Positions 20,381 through 32,283 of a DNA stretch of 64,000 nt are shown one piece after another. The position numbers were made by a program, and so were the translations under genes. This DNA is from Marispirochaeta sp. (GTDB lineage Bacteria > Spirochaetota > Spirochaetia > JC444 > Marispirochaetaceae): positions 512,001 to 576,000 of the forward strand of contig CAXXFF010000001.1 of assembly GCA_963676835.2 (NCBI GenBank), written 5' to 3'. The notes under the pieces are model-generated. The model made no database searches. It had not been told where the DNA came from and saw only the letters and a program-made list of their open reading frames with translations. Every line of letters begins with the position of its first letter. Position 1 is the stretch's first letter.

Positions 20381-21457
20381 TTATTCTGCAATCTTACCGA
20401 TTACACCTTCAACAAGCCAGTTCATGCCGAGAAGTGCACCATCATCGGGTGTTGTACCTGCGGGTACAACGGTTTCACCCTCATTATTTTTAAGAGGACC
20501 CGCAAAGACCACAAGAGAACCGTCGGCGATTTTCTTCTGGGCTGCTGCAACAGCTTCCGCTGCTCCGGCAGGAGCATTCTTGCCCATTTCAGCTACACGG
20601 ACAATATCCTCGTCCATGCCGCCCCAGTAGTTCACCGCTTCCCAGGTTCCATTCATAACTTCCTGAACAGCCTGAATATAGTAGGGCTCCCAGTTCCAGT
20701 AGGCAGAGGTCAGACAGGCATCGGGTGCTGCATCATTCATGTCTGCATGGTAGCCGATACCCCATACTCCCCGGGCTTCTGCAGCCTGAAGGTTGGCAGG
20801 TCCGGTCTGGTGCTGGGCAATGATATCGCATCCATTGTCAATAAGAGCATTGGCAGCTTCCTTCTCTTTAGGAGGATCATTCCAGTTGTGAGTCCAGATA
20901 ACTTCTACTGTGGCATCGGGATTAACACTGCGCACACCGAGGGTAAAGGCATTGATTCCCCGTACAACCTCGGGAATCTCAAAAGCGGCAAGGTAGCCGA
21001 TCTTATTGCTTTCAGTCTTCATCCCGGCGACAATACCGGACAGGTAACGGGCCTGATACATACGTCCAAGATAGTTGATCGCATTGTCCGCCTGCTTGTA
21101 TCCGCCGCAGTGGAAGAATTTGACATCCGGATTATCCGCGGCAACTTCCAGCATATAGTCCATATAGCCGAAACTTGTTGCAAAGATCATCTTCGCGCCC
21201 TGGGAAATCATGTCACGCATAACCTTTGCAGACTCCTGAGTATTGGGAACACTCTCTTTATAGAGTGTTTTTACTCCAAGCTCTTTCTCAATAGCCAGAC
21301 GACCTCTGTCATGCTGCTGTGTCCAGCCGCCGTCACTTATCGGACCGGTAAAGACAAACCCTACAGTGAACTGCTCTTCCTGCTCACTCTGACCGCCGGC
21401 ATAAGCGAAAGCTGTCAGAAGAGCCAGGCCCAAAAGAAGGACCAGTAATTTTTTCAT
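20381..21457 (-). CDS. BMP-family (PnrA/Med-like) ABC substrate-binding protein
   Basis: GPISDGGWTQQH, FATSFGY, YLSGIVAG, PEVVRGINAFTLG. Confidence 0.9.
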   Translation of the reverse strand: MKKLLVLLLGLALLTAFAYAGGQSEQEEQFTVGFVFTGPISDGGWTQQHDRGRLAIEKELGVKTLYKESVPNTQESAKVMRDMISQGAKMIFATSFGYMDYMLEVAADNPDVKFFHCGGYKQADNAINYLGRMYQARYLSGIVAGMKTESNKIGYLAAFEIPEVVRGINAFTLGVRSVNPDATVEVIWTHNWNDPPKEKEAANALIDNGCDIIAQHQTGPANLQAAEARGVWGIGYHADMNDAAPDACLTSAYWNWEPYYIQAVQEVMNGTWEAVNYWGGMDEDIVRVAEMGKNAPAGAAEAVAAAQKKIADGSLVVFAGPLKNNEGETVVPAGTTPDDGALLGMNWLVEGVIGKIAE

Positions 21458-21808
21458 ACCTAACTCCTAAGAATAGTATTTATGGAAACTCTGCCGCACT
21501 GCAGAATTTTCATCCCTGACTGAGGAGAATCGAAGTTAAGAGTGAGTATAACAGGTAGACTATCAATCTCTTCACATCCGTTCCCTGATGGAAACTGATA
21601 CAAATAGATTCAATTTTTATGCACACACACTGCAGCGTGAGCAAGCACGGTCTGTTTTAAACTTGCGATTGCAAGGTATCTTGTTACCTGCCGGATACAT
21701 AAAGAACCAATGTACCAGTAGATTATTTTGAAGAAGTATTTCCAACACCATGCAATCCCTGAAGGATCTATGGTATTTTTCCGTGAATACAACTCTTCGC
21801 AAATAAGT

Positions 21809-21825
21809 TGCAAAATATGAACCAA
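21809..21825 (-). promoter_or_regulatory. Candidate sigma54 -24/-12 promoter for the BMP/ABC-methyltransferase cluster
   Basis: TTGGTTCATATTTTGCA (GG-N10-GC) on minus strand ~350 nt upstream of the BMP gene. Confidence 0.35.
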
Positions 21826-22014
21826 CTTCAGCCAGGCTGCTGTACCATTCCGGTTCCTACACTAATAATACCATACTATTTAATTGATATACAAACAGTT
21901 ATTACACAGGTAAAACCAATAAATTTTTATCTTAAATATTTTTCCCCGGCCACAACCTGACAGAGACAGCAAAAAAACATACAACAATGTACCCAATCGC
22001 CATAAGGTTTTACA

Positions 22015-22038
22015 ATTTTGTAGATAATTTTACAAAAT
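22015..22038. promoter_or_regulatory. Palindromic operator / enhancer-like site (TGT-N10-ACA)
   Basis: ATTTTGTA-GATAATTT-TACAAAAT, an 8-bp inverted repeat. Confidence 0.4.
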
Positions 22039-22138
22039 GATGTAATCAGGCAAGCTGCATATTTCTCCGGTGTAAAAGGGCAAAAGACTATTGCGGGGCC
22101 TGGCAGTCCAACCATGAAAAGCCCTTACTCTGCCTCTC

Positions 22139-25100
22139 CTACTTTGACTGCAGATAGCCGTTCAGAAGATCCAGCGCCTTTTCATACTCAATATCTTCAA
22201 TCTCTTTCTGTATTTCCAGAAAAACCTCTGCATCAGCTGTCCCCTTCATACGCAGTACAAGCTCTTCAACCACATCTCCCGCCCGGGAATCATCCCCCAG
22301 TAAGAGCGCCTTAAGGTCACCTGCAAGATCTGAAATATCCTCTGGAGAGGTTTCAGCCGCTGTATCAGGGGGACTCTCTTCAACAAGATGGTTGTTTATC
22401 TCAGTTACTATGGTATCGAGGATATTCCCAATCTCGTTCAGCAATGCCGCTGTTTGATCCTGTTCGTCACCCTTAAGCAGACTTTCCAACCCCCGGGCCT
22501 TTTCCTGGAGTTCCGAAGCGCCTACGGTACCGGCTATCCCTTTCAGAGTATGGGCAATCCTGACAGCCTCTTCCATCGACCCGGAGTTTATGGCTTCCTG
22601 TATTCTTACGTGTGCTCCCCCCTGATTGGATGCAAACTGCCGCAGCAGCTTTTTATACCTGCCGATATTCCCTCCGGTTCTCTCGATTCCAGAAGAAACG
22701 TTTATTCCCGGAAGAACCGGAATGGAACCATCGGGACTATCAGCGGCTCCATTCCGGCCGGACAGGGAGGCTATATACTCCCCGGGCAGCACTCTTTTCC
22801 CCGGGGTAATCCATTTATACAGCACCGAATAGAGAGCCTCAGGATCAACCGGCTTTGTTACATAATCGTTCATGCCGATCTTCAGCACCTTTTCGGAAAC
22901 ACCACTCATGGCATCAGCAGTCATGGCTATTATGGGAAGATCAGCAAAACGTACATCTTCACGGATCAGTTCGGTTGCAGTATAGCCGTCCATAACCGGC
23001 ATCTGCAGGTCCATAAGCACAAGATCAAAGGATTCACCCTCTGCGGAAGCAAGGACCGCATCAACCGCCTCTTTTCCATCCCTGGCAAGGGATACAACAA
23101 AGCCTTCTCCTTCGAGCAGTTCCGTAGCCACCTGCTGATTAAACTCATTATCTTCAACCAGGAGCAGCCGGGAACCTCTGACCTCATCGAAATTATCCGG
23201 AATAACAATATCAGCTCCCCTTCGGGGGGTCCTTACCGCAACATCGAAGCCGAAAACATCCATAATAGTATTAAAAAGCACCGACGGACTTACCGGTTTT
23301 ACCAGAAACGCATCGATACCAATATCCTCAGCCAGCATCATATACTCTTCCCTGCCATAGCCCGTTACCAGGATCACTTTTGTATATTTTCCCAGTTCAG
23401 GATTGGATTTGATAATTCCCGCGGCCTCAATACCATCCATATCGGGCATACGGAGATCCATCAGCACCAGGGGTATGCGCTTTTCGCCGGCAGAGTCTTC
23501 AAGAATCTCCAGAGCATCCACCGCTGATGTGGCGGTGGTAACCTCAAAACCGAATTCTTTGATAATATTGCGCATGGTACCAAGAGAGTTTTCATCATCA
23601 TCTACAATTAAGACCCTGAGACCTTTCAGATCCAGTCCGGGAGTCGCATACTTTTTATCCTTCCCGGCCTGTTCACTCTGGAGCCTGAATGGAAGTTTTA
23701 CCCAGAATGTACTGCCTTCTCCCGGAGCCGAAATAACACCGATCTCACCCCCCATTAACTCCGACAATTTCTTGCTTATGGCAAGTCCGAGACCGGTCCC
23801 TCCGTATTTTCGGGTTGTGGAGGTATCTGCCTGGGTAAAGGACTGAAAGAGCTTATCCTGCTGCTCCGGAGTCATACCAATACCGGTATCCCGTACACTG
23901 AAGCGGACCAGTACAGATTCTTCGTCTCTTTCAAGAATCTCAGCAGACACCAGAATATCGCCCTCTTTGGTAAACTTAACGGCATTACTACTCAGGTTCA
24001 GAAGGATCTGCCCGAGACGCAGAGGATCACCGATTAAGTAGGCAGGAAAATCCGGGGCAAGATCGAATTTCAGTTCAAGGCCCTTTTCATTGCATTTTAC
24101 CCCGATCATGCCAGCCAGGTTGTCCAGAACATCATCAAAGACAAAAGGCACCGTCTCTATTTCCAGTTTTCCCGCTTCAATCTTACTGAAATCAAGAATA
24201 TCGTTGATGATATTCAGCAATGATTTTGAAGACTGATCTATTTTATTCAGGTAGTCCCGCTGGCGGTGGGTAAGCTCGGTTTTCAGAGCAAGGTGGCTCA
24301 TTCCGATAATCGCATTCATGGGAGTCCGGATTTCGTGACTCATGTTGGCCAGAAAGTCACTTTTTATCCGGTTGGCAGCCTCTGCAGCCTCCTTGGCTTC
24401 CCACAGGGCGGTTTCTCCTTTTTTACGCTCCGTAATATCCTGCAGCCAGCCTAGAACCCCCTCTTCTCCCTCGTAGGTAATGGGAAGAAAGGTAATCAGG
24501 TAGTCCCGGATATCCCGGTTTATGTCTATCAGTTTTATTTCGTGGTTATCCAGCACTCCCGTCTCATGCATCTTCTCAATTACTTCCTGCCTGTCCTCAG
24601 GGTTCTGATATATTTTTATAGCAGGGTCTCCAATATCCAGGCCGAACATTTCGACGAATCTATGGTTGGTAAAGCGGAAAATCCCGTTAAAGGTAAATGC
24701 AACCCCCACAGGAGCATTATTCAGAATAAACTCCAGCTGGTCCCGGGCCCTTTTTATCTCGTTTTCCGCCCGCTTGCTTTCAGTAATATCTTCCAGTGTG
24801 CTGATTACATCATAGGGATAGCCACCTGAATGCACCGGGTTGAACAGTATTCTTAAAAATGCCTTTTTACCTCCGGTAACTGAAATGTACTCACCCTCAA
24901 ATTTGGAATTCTTCCCCGTAAGTGCCGTTGTTAAGGTCTGACGCATCTCCGGATCAACTATCTGCCTGGGAGCATTAAAGCCGAGCAGCTTCTCCATTGG
25001 TGCTCCCAGGTAATCTGCAGCAATGGAGTTACAATTAATAATGGTGCCTTCACTGTTGAAGTGAATAATGCCTATGGGAGAGTTTTCAACAATAATACGC

Positions 25101-27874
25101 AGCTGGGCTTCCCTTACCCGGATTTTTTCCTCATCCTGTTTTCGCCGGGTAATATCTGTAGATAAAACTAAAAGAGCATAGGGCTCTCCCCGGTCATCGC
25201 GAAGAAGCACTTTATTGGTCAGATAGGTATGGGGTGTACCGTCCGGATGAGGCGGCATCTGCCATTCAAAGCGGACATTTTCTCCACTTTCAATAATCTC
25301 CCGGTCCTTCTCCATTATAATACGGGCTGTTTCCTGAGGAAATATCTCGGCATCGGTGAACCCGAGAATCTTCTCCGACGAAAAACCGGTGGCTTGTTCA
25401 AAAAAGCTGTTGACCAGAAGATGCCGACCATCCAGGTCCTTGAGAACCACGGAACTGGGAAGGTTGTCGATAATTACCTGAAGCTGCTGCCGGCCGGCAC
25501 TGAGCTCTTCTTCAATCTTCTTCCGCTCCGTTATATCCTGATGGGAACCGTAGATTGAGGCGGGCGCTCCTTTTTCATTAAAACGAACATGGTAGCGCAC
25601 ATGGGAAATCTGAATTTCCCCGTCTGGAAGAACTACCCGATAGTCCAGCTCCCGTTCATAATCCTCATGTTCCTGATAAGCCTGGCCGATATTTTTTCTC
25701 AACAAGGCCCGGTCATCGGGATGACAAAAACGGCTCAGATACTTATCAACCGCTATTTCAGCGGATCCTTCTCCTTCAATACTGGTTCCAAGCAAATTCC
25801 ACAGCAGAGCGTCAAAAGTAAAGACCATGGAAGACAGATCGAGTTCAAAATAGCCAAGTTTGGATATCTTTGCTGTTTCGATTATGCGCTCTTCATTTCG
25901 TTTTACCGCAACCTCCATCTCCCGCCGCTGGGTGATATCTTCCCGTATGGCCACAAAATGGCTTATCTCTCCGTCGGGTTTTCGCACCGGGGCCAGGGTC
26001 ATAAACTCCCAGAAGGGTTCCCCGTTTTTTCTGTGGTTGCGAAACTCTCCATACCAGGGGTGACCGGCCTGGAGTTCCGCTTTCATAACCTTATAGTAGT
26101 GCTCCGAGATATCACCGTATTTCAGATAACCCGCATCCTGCCCAAGAACTTCAGCTTCTATATAGCCCGTAAGATCTGTGTAGGCAGGATTAACATATTC
26201 AATAGTACCGGTTGCATCGGTTATCATAACCGCCATTGGACTTGCAGCAATGGCCTCGGAAAGCTTGTGCAGCTCCGCCTCCGATTTATATCGCGCAGTT
26301 ACATCCTGAAAACTCCAAACCCGGCCTATTATCTCATTTCCCAGACGCTGGGGCCGGGAATAGCGGTGCAGAATCCTGCCGTCCTTCAGATGAAAAATCG
26401 AAGAGTCTTCTGCCGCCGGCTTGCTGTAGAGATCATTCACTGATTTTATGAATTCATCCTCACCAAGAACCTTTTTGATACAGGCACCCAGCAGCACTTT
26501 ATCCTCACCGCTTTTAGCAAGGGATTCATCTACCTGCCAAATCTCCAGAAAGCGACGGTTATAGGAGCTTATATTCTGGTTTAAATCGACAACAAGAATG
26601 CCGTCGGTGGTGGATTCAAGGGTGGCAGAAAGCCTGGATGTCCGTTCATCAATATTTGCAACCATTCTGTCCAGAGCCAGGGAAAGCTGACCGATTTCAT
26701 CCCGCCGTGCCAATGCTCTCCAGTGATGCCGCTCCCCCCGGGAGACGTCATCTGCCATGGCAATAATTTTTTTGAGGGGACGGGTAAAGGTGGTACCCAT
26801 AAATACCGCAAACAGAACAATACAGGCGGTAAGCATCATGGCCACCACCGCCGCCTGATTCAGCAGGGTAATAACCGGCTGCTCCACTTCAGCTTCATCA
26901 ATCTCCGCAATAATCGCCCAGGTTATTCCTCCGGGAAGGATAAGAGGAGAATAGCTGGTAAGCACCTTATTTCCTCTATAATCAATTATTATGCCGTCAC
27001 CGGAATTCCATTCCAATGCATTTCGAACAGCTTCCGTATCAACACCATTGACCTCAACTGTTCCGGCGAGGGAAGCCTGGACAGAATGGTTATCCGGATC
27101 AAGGTAGGAATCGGTTCTCATGAGCTTATCAGGCCCTACAAGGTAGGTCTCGGCGGTGCCCCCCATACCGGTACGTCCCTGCATAATGCGGTTAAGGCTC
27201 TCAAGATTCAGCTGAACCGCCAGGACAGCAAGTATCTCGCCATTCTCCGACAGAAGAGGAGTACCCATAAACATGGCGGGTACGTTTCCCGAAGGAAGAT
27301 ACAAAGCCATGTCGGACCAGGAAATTCCACCCGACTCTCTCACCGCCTTCCAGACTTTATGAAGACCGCTGTTTTGCATACTGCCCTGGCTTACATCATC
27401 TCCCGGATTTCCTTCCCTGGTTGCTGAATAGAGAAGATGTCCATGCTCCGGACAAAGAAGAAATGCGTTGTAGAAATCATAGGTACTGATAATATATTCA
27501 AGAAATTTTCCATTTTCCCGGTGAATAGTATAGTACTCATCAGACCGGTCAAGAGGTGTTTCCGATCCCAATTCATGGGTTTCAAGAAAGGTGCTTATTT
27601 TAATAAATGTATTGCGTACATCCGTACTGTTTGCCAGAGCTTTAAGATCGCGGGTACAATCCATGAAATAGTCAAGAACCTGTTCTCTTTTTATGGACTT
27701 TACGGCTTTAAGTTTATACAGGGCATCATCAAGCATGTAATTGTCCATCTTCATTAGAAGGACAGTTACAGCAATAAAGAGGGGAATTAACCCGGAAAAG
27801 AGAAAGGCTCCGATCAGCTTGGGCCTGATTTTGATATTCTTAAGTAAAAACCTTTCTATCCCCGACTTTTGCAT
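22139..27874 (-). CDS. Hybrid sensor histidine kinase (Cache-HAMP-multiple PAS-HisKA-HATPase-REC-REC-Hpt)
   Basis: [35 protein letters not shown], two LMDL(R/Q)MP receivers, AHTLKG Hpt; repeated DITERK PAS-C motifs. Confidence 0.93.
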   Translation of the reverse strand: MQKSGIERFLLKNIKIRPKLIGAFLFSGLIPLFIAVTVLLMKMDNYMLDDALYKLKAVKSIKREQVLDYFMDCTRDLKALANSTDVRNTFIKISTFLETHELGSETPLDRSDEYYTIHRENGKFLEYIISTYDFYNAFLLCPEHGHLLYSATREGNPGDDVSQGSMQNSGLHKVWKAVRESGGISWSDMALYLPSGNVPAMFMGTPLLSENGEILAVLAVQLNLESLNRIMQGRTGMGGTAETYLVGPDKLMRTDSYLDPDNHSVQASLAGTVEVNGVDTEAVRNALEWNSGDGIIIDYRGNKVLTSYSPLILPGGITWAIIAEIDEAEVEQPVITLLNQAAVVAMMLTACIVLFAVFMGTTFTRPLKKIIAMADDVSRGERHHWRALARRDEIGQLSLALDRMVANIDERTSRLSATLESTTDGILVVDLNQNISSYNRRFLEIWQVDESLAKSGEDKVLLGACIKKVLGEDEFIKSVNDLYSKPAAEDSSIFHLKDGRILHRYSRPQRLGNEIIGRVWSFQDVTARYKSEAELHKLSEAIAASPMAVMITDATGTIEYVNPAYTDLTGYIEAEVLGQDAGYLKYGDISEHYYKVMKAELQAGHPWYGEFRNHRKNGEPFWEFMTLAPVRKPDGEISHFVAIREDITQRREMEVAVKRNEERIIETAKISKLGYFELDLSSMVFTFDALLWNLLGTSIEGEGSAEIAVDKYLSRFCHPDDRALLRKNIGQAYQEHEDYERELDYRVVLPDGEIQISHVRYHVRFNEKGAPASIYGSHQDITERKKIEEELSAGRQQLQVIIDNLPSSVVLKDLDGRHLLVNSFFEQATGFSSEKILGFTDAEIFPQETARIIMEKDREIIESGENVRFEWQMPPHPDGTPHTYLTNKVLLRDDRGEPYALLVLSTDITRRKQDEEKIRVREAQLRIIVENSPIGIIHFNSEGTIINCNSIAADYLGAPMEKLLGFNAPRQIVDPEMRQTLTTALTGKNSKFEGEYISVTGGKKAFLRILFNPVHSGGYPYDVISTLEDITESKRAENEIKRARDQLEFILNNAPVGVAFTFNGIFRFTNHRFVEMFGLDIGDPAIKIYQNPEDRQEVIEKMHETGVLDNHEIKLIDINRDIRDYLITFLPITYEGEEGVLGWLQDITERKKGETALWEAKEAAEAANRIKSDFLANMSHEIRTPMNAIIGMSHLALKTELTHRQRDYLNKIDQSSKSLLNIINDILDFSKIEAGKLEIETVPFVFDDVLDNLAGMIGVKCNEKGLELKFDLAPDFPAYLIGDPLRLGQILLNLSSNAVKFTKEGDILVSAEILERDEESVLVRFSVRDTGIGMTPEQQDKLFQSFTQADTSTTRKYGGTGLGLAISKKLSELMGGEIGVISAPGEGSTFWVKLPFRLQSEQAGKDKKYATPGLDLKGLRVLIVDDDENSLGTMRNIIKEFGFEVTTATSAVDALEILEDSAGEKRIPLVLMDLRMPDMDGIEAAGIIKSNPELGKYTKVILVTGYGREEYMMLAEDIGIDAFLVKPVSPSVLFNTIMDVFGFDVAVRTPRRGADIVIPDNFDEVRGSRLLLVEDNEFNQQVATELLEGEGFVVSLARDGKEAVDAVLASAEGESFDLVLMDLQMPVMDGYTATELIREDVRFADLPIIAMTADAMSGVSEKVLKIGMNDYVTKPVDPEALYSVLYKWITPGKRVLPGEYIASLSGRNGAADSPDGSIPVLPGINVSSGIERTGGNIGRYKKLLRQFASNQGGAHVRIQEAINSGSMEEAVRIAHTLKGIAGTVGASELQEKARGLESLLKGDEQDQTAALLNEIGNILDTIVTEINNHLVEESPPDTAAETSPEDISDLAGDLKALLLGDDSRAGDVVEELVLRMKGTADAEVFLEIQKEIEDIEYEKALDLLNGYLQSK

Positions 27875-27986
27875 TCCCCGGCCTGTCTCTTCCCCTATAG
27901 CTATACGATTCCCCTTTAATTCTAATGGGGCCTGTGGGGAGAATGCAATTTATTTATTCAGGGACTTCTAAAAAAGAAATTAAAAA

Positions 27987-28448
27987 TCAGCGCTCAGCCT
28001 TTACTGCTGCGATCGCTTCCTGCACCAGGGCATCACAGCGTTCATTCTCGGGATGACCGGCATGCCCTTTAACCCAGGCCCAACTTACATTGAGTGAATC
28101 CCGGAGCTCCTTTAAGGGAACCCACAAATCCTTGTTTTTAACCGGCTGCTTCGAGGCCGTACGCCAGCCGTTACGGGACCAGTTTTCTATCCAGCTGCTT
28201 ATGCCGTTTTTTACATACTGGGAATCGGTGTGTACCGCTATCTTCAGCTCTTTCAACTCCGGTTTCGCTGAAACGAGGGTCAAAGCCTCTATAACCGCGG
28301 TAAGTTCCATACGGTTATTGGTGGTGGCAGCCTCTCCGCCCTTACCTTCAAGGGCCCCGTTTGCTGTCAGTAACCTGTAAGCCCAGCCGCCGGGTCCGGG
28401 GTTTCCCCAGCAGCCGCCGTCGGTGTAGATGTTTATATCGCTATCCAT
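27987..28448 (-). CDS. rnhA: Ribonuclease HI
   Basis: YTDGGCWGNPGPGG, TNNRMEL, TDSQYV, WVKGHAGHPENERCD. Confidence 0.96.
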   Translation of the reverse strand: MDSDINIYTDGGCWGNPGPGGWAYRLLTANGALEGKGGEAATTNNRMELTAVIEALTLVSAKPELKELKIAVHTDSQYVKNGISSWIENWSRNGWRTASKQPVKNKDLWVPLKELRDSLNVSWAWVKGHAGHPENERCDALVQEAIAAVKAER

Positions 28449-28518
28449 GGGGCCATAGTAGGCAAAAGCGGCTTCTCCTGCAAGATCTTCCGTATTCAGG
28501 CCTACCGGATACATTCCG

Positions 28519-28547
28519 TTGACCCGCAGGCCCCTGGAGCCTATACT
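28519..28547 (+). promoter_or_regulatory. sigma70-type promoter for the AAA ATPase operon
   Basis: TTGACC-N17-TATACT. Confidence 0.55.
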
Positions 28548-28583
28548 GGAGGCCTAAAGCGTCCGTGCCTTGGAACGGGAGGG

Positions 28584-30338
28584 GTGATGTCGGAACAGCT
28601 GATAGTTAAAAACCTGGATTTTATCAAGATTCTGCCCAGCTGGGCCCAGGAACTTTCCTATAAATATCTCTCAAAAACCACAAACCTTTACATAGCCCAC
28701 GGGAACATCCGGGACTTTCTACCCAACAAGATGATTGCGGGCGAATTCGTTTTTGTCCGTATTCAGGAGTTTATCTCCGAGGTCCTCTTCGGAAACCGGG
28801 ATATTGTCGCCTTTTACGACCGCTCCTCGGGTATCAATTTCTGTACCCCGGAGATGCAGAAAGAGTATCTGGATATAATGGAAGCCCAGTTTCCCGATAC
28901 AGACCGGAGGGATTTTATCTCCCTGGACCCCATGAAAGCCTTTGATTATCTGGAAAAATACTTTTTCATGAACCTTCCCCATAAGAAGAGGATTGTTCTG
29001 ATAATAGACTATGCGGAAACCCTTATTCCCAACACAGAACTGGCCCGGCTCTCCGATGAAGACCGTTACGCTCTGGTTACCCTCAATCGCTGGTCCCATG
29101 ATCCCATTTTCACCCAGGGGGATGTCTCCATAATCCTGCTTACGGAAAACCTGGCAGATCTCAGTCCAAGGATAGTCCGTTCTCCCCACACAGTTAAGGT
29201 ACATGTTCCCATTCCGGACGAAACCGTACGTGAACGCTTTCTTGAATTTCTGGACAGACAGGAAATTCTTCTCCTGGAAGGCCGCTTAACACCGAAAAGG
29301 GTGGCTAAGATCACCTCGGGACTGAATCTGCAGAACCTCAACCAGATTGCCGCCGAAAGTTACCAGGAAGACAAGGCAATAAGCCTTGAATACCTTACTG
29401 AGCGGAAGAAAGAGATTATCGAAAACGAAGCGGTGGGACTGCTTGAGTTTATTGAGAGTGAACACGACCTCTCCATGGTTTCCGGCCACGAGTTTGTAAA
29501 AAAGCGCTTTAAAAGTGCTGCCCGGGCAATCAAACAGGGCCGGCTGGATGTGCTTCCCATGGGTTATCTCATGGCCGGCCCGGTAGGAACGGGAAAAAGC
29601 TTTATGGTCACCGCTTTTACCTCGGAAATTGGCGTACCCATTGTACGCTTAAGGAATTTCAGAAGTAAATGGCAGGGAGAAACTGAAGCAAACCTGGAGA
29701 AGGTACTGAATATTCTGAAAGCCATGGCCCCGGTAGGGGTGATGATCGACGAGGCGGATGCATTTCTGGGCGACCGCAACCAGGAGGGTGATTCCGGCAC
29801 CAGTAACCGCATATTCGCCCAGATTGCCAGCTTTATGGGCAACACGGAATACCGGGGGCGCATTATCTGGTTCCTCATAACCTGCCGTCCCGACCTGCTC
29901 CCCATCGACCTCAAACGCCAGGGCCGTGCAGAAGAGCATCTGGCGATTTTCTACCCGGAAACAGTCACAGAAAAAGAGGAACTCTTTACCACCCTGGTCA
30001 AAAAACTGAAAATCAAACTGCAGAATTTCCCCGTTGCAGATCTTTTAAAACGTTTTCCCAATGAATACTCCGGTGCCGACCTGGAATCCATTCTAATCCG
30101 GGCAAAATTTAACGCTGCCATGGAAAATCATGTCATAATAACCCGTGAAGATTTAGAAAAGGCGATGCACGACTTTGTTCCTTCCAGTTATCCCCACGAG
30201 ATACGGCTTCAGAACCTTGTGGCGGTGCTTGAGTGTACAAGCAGAGAGATGGTTCCCAAACGGTTTCAGAATCTTGACCGATCCAAACTGGTGTCGGAAA
30301 TTCGGGACCTCAAGGAACTCCTGGGCGAAAAGGCCTGA
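28584..30338 (+). CDS. AAA+ ATPase (one intact C-terminal module, degenerate N-terminal module)
   Basis: Walker A GPVGTGKS, Walker B VMIDEAD, SKWQGETE, LKRQGR. Confidence 0.85.
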   Translation: MMSEQLIVKNLDFIKILPSWAQELSYKYLSKTTNLYIAHGNIRDFLPNKMIAGEFVFVRIQEFISEVLFGNRDIVAFYDRSSGINFCTPEMQKEYLDIMEAQFPDTDRRDFISLDPMKAFDYLEKYFFMNLPHKKRIVLIIDYAETLIPNTELARLSDEDRYALVTLNRWSHDPIFTQGDVSIILLTENLADLSPRIVRSPHTVKVHVPIPDETVRERFLEFLDRQEILLLEGRLTPKRVAKITSGLNLQNLNQIAAESYQEDKAISLEYLTERKKEIIENEAVGLLEFIESEHDLSMVSGHEFVKKRFKSAARAIKQGRLDVLPMGYLMAGPVGTGKSFMVTAFTSEIGVPIVRLRNFRSKWQGETEANLEKVLNILKAMAPVGVMIDEADAFLGDRNQEGDSGTSNRIFAQIASFMGNTEYRGRIIWFLITCRPDLLPIDLKRQGRAEEHLAIFYPETVTEKEELFTTLVKKLKIKLQNFPVADLLKRFPNEYSGADLESILIRAKFNAAMENHVIITREDLEKAMHDFVPSSYPHEIRLQNLVAVLECTSREMVPKRFQNLDRSKLVSEIRDLKELLGEKA

Positions 30339-30375
30339 TACATTGCCGGTATATCGCTTATAAAAAGGAGAAATA

Positions 30376-31419
30376 ATGAAACTTGAAAGAATACCCTACG
30401 GGACAACCGAAACCGGGGAAAAGATTGATGCATTCTCCGTGGATAACGGATCCGTCTCTTTTCAGGCACTCACCTGGGGTGCAACATTGAGTTCCGTTAA
30501 AAGTATTGACCGCGACGGCAACATGGAGGAACTCACCCTGGGCTTTGATGAGCTTTCCGGTTGGACAGGAAAGCATCCCCATTTCGGTGGTACCATAGGA
30601 CGCTTCGCCAACCGCATCGGCGGCGCAGCCTTTACCCTGGATGGAAAAACCTACCCCCTTCTGGCCAACAACGGCCCGAACCACCTGCACGGGGGAGCAC
30701 AGAACTTTGAGAAATTCGTGTGGGACGGTTTTCCCTTCCAGAACGACCGGGAAGCGGGGGTTAAATTCTCCCGCACCAGCAGTGCCGGCGAAGAAGGTTA
30801 TCCGGGAAATCTGGATATAACCGTGACCTTTTCCCTTTCCATAGATAATGAACTGTCCATCAGCTATGAGGCTGCCTGTGATGCCCCGACAGTAATCAAT
30901 ATGACCAACCACACCTACTGGAACCTTGACGGCTCCGGAGGGAAAACCGATGTACTGGACCATGAACTGGTACTTCATGCTGACAACTACCTGGAAGTGG
31001 ATGAAGGGGCCATTCCAACGGGAAAAATACTTTCGGTAAACGGTACCGCCTTCGATTTCACCAGCCGTAAAGCGGTGGGCAAAGATATTGCCGGTCCCGG
31101 CGGCTTTGACCATTGTTTTATTGTAAAGCAGACCGAAAAAGAGGAACCTTCTCTGGCCGCCGAGGTTTACTCACCGGCAAGCGGGCGGGTAATGAAGGTT
31201 TACGGAACACAGCCGGGGATTCAGTTTTATACCGGCAATTTTCTCAACGGTTCGGTAACCTGTAGAAATGGAATAAAAGCGGAAAAACATTCAGCCCTCT
31301 GCCTGGAAACAGAGGCTTTCCCCGATGCCCCCAATAAAACGGAATTCCCTTCGGCGGTACTCCGGCCCGGGGAACGGTATTTTGAGAAAACAGTCCACCA
31401 TTTTTCGGTGATCAGGTAA
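30376..31419 (+). CDS. galM: Aldose 1-epimerase
   Basis: GRFANRI, NHLHGG, NMTNHTYWNL, QFYTGN, CLETE. Confidence 0.95.
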   Translation: MKLERIPYGTTETGEKIDAFSVDNGSVSFQALTWGATLSSVKSIDRDGNMEELTLGFDELSGWTGKHPHFGGTIGRFANRIGGAAFTLDGKTYPLLANNGPNHLHGGAQNFEKFVWDGFPFQNDREAGVKFSRTSSAGEEGYPGNLDITVTFSLSIDNELSISYEAACDAPTVINMTNHTYWNLDGSGGKTDVLDHELVLHADNYLEVDEGAIPTGKILSVNGTAFDFTSRKAVGKDIAGPGGFDHCFIVKQTEKEEPSLAAEVYSPASGRVMKVYGTQPGIQFYTGNFLNGSVTCRNGIKAEKHSALCLETEAFPDAPNKTEFPSAVLRPGERYFEKTVHHFSVIR

Positions 31420-31428
31420 GGAAAATTA

Positions 31429-32277
31429 ATGAAGATTGTTAAGCAGTCCGTAAAAGACGGACTTAAACTGACCAACGATGGAGAGCTGAGTTTATTCTGG
31501 CTGGGAGTGGGCAGTGCCTTCTCCAAGCTTCACTACCAGACCAATCTGCTGATTATCAAGGGTGACGACCATATTCTCATTGACTGCGGAACCAAGGCCC
31601 CCCAGGCCCTTTACGATCTGGGGGTGGCAACCACGGATATCCGCAACTTTCTCATTACCCACTCACATGCCGACCATATCGGCGGTCTGGAAGAGGTAAT
31701 GCTCCTGAACCGCTATGTTACCCGGCAGAAACCTACCATTGTAATTAACCCGACCTATCAGCACCTTCTATGGGACCTTTCTCTCAGAGGCGGAACGGCC
31801 TATAACGAGGAGAAAGGCGGGGCCGATCTAGCCTTCGGCGATCTGTGGGATATTATCCGCCCGGAATGGCTCCCCTCCTACCCCCGGGAAACCCACGAGG
31901 CAAATGTCGGGTCCATAAATCTCAAGATGTTCAGAACCATGCACATCCCGGACATGACGGGCAGCTGGCAGGGGTCGTTCTGGAGCTGCGGTGTCGTTAT
32001 CGACAACCGCGTAATGTTCACTTCCGATACCCGTTTTGACCCGGAACTGATAGACAGCTTTACCGAGAACTTCGACATTGAGTACATCTTCCACGACTGT
32101 CAGTTTTTTACCGGCGGGGTTCATGCCGGCCTGGACGAACTGGCAACCCTGCCGGACAATGTGAAAGAGCGGATTATCCTTACCCATTATGGAGACAACT
32201 GGAAGGATAAAGAGGCGGATATTGCGAAGATGGGCTTTTACGGCCTGGCTAAACAGTGGCACCACTACACCTTCTGA
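31429..32277 (+). CDS. Metallo-beta-lactamase-fold hydrolase (RNase Z/phosphodiesterase-like)
   Basis: LGVGSAFS, LIDCG, THSHADHIGG, SDT, LTHY. Confidence 0.85.
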   Translation: MKIVKQSVKDGLKLTNDGELSLFWLGVGSAFSKLHYQTNLLIIKGDDHILIDCGTKAPQALYDLGVATTDIRNFLITHSHADHIGGLEEVMLLNRYVTRQKPTIVINPTYQHLLWDLSLRGGTAYNEEKGGADLAFGDLWDIIRPEWLPSYPRETHEANVGSINLKMFRTMHIPDMTGSWQGSFWSCGVVIDNRVMFTSDTRFDPELIDSFTENFDIEYIFHDCQFFTGGVHAGLDELATLPDNVKERIILTHYGDNWKDKEADIAKMGFYGLAKQWHHYTF

Positions 32278-32283
32278 GGGCGG

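Noticed and set aside
21458..22138. Cobalamin or purine riboswitch upstream of the BMP/corrinoid cluster; small ORFs in this gap
   Set aside because: No B12-box or purine aptamer core was recognisable by eye (an Infernal/Rfam scan would settle it); the ORFs are short and lack RBS or motifs
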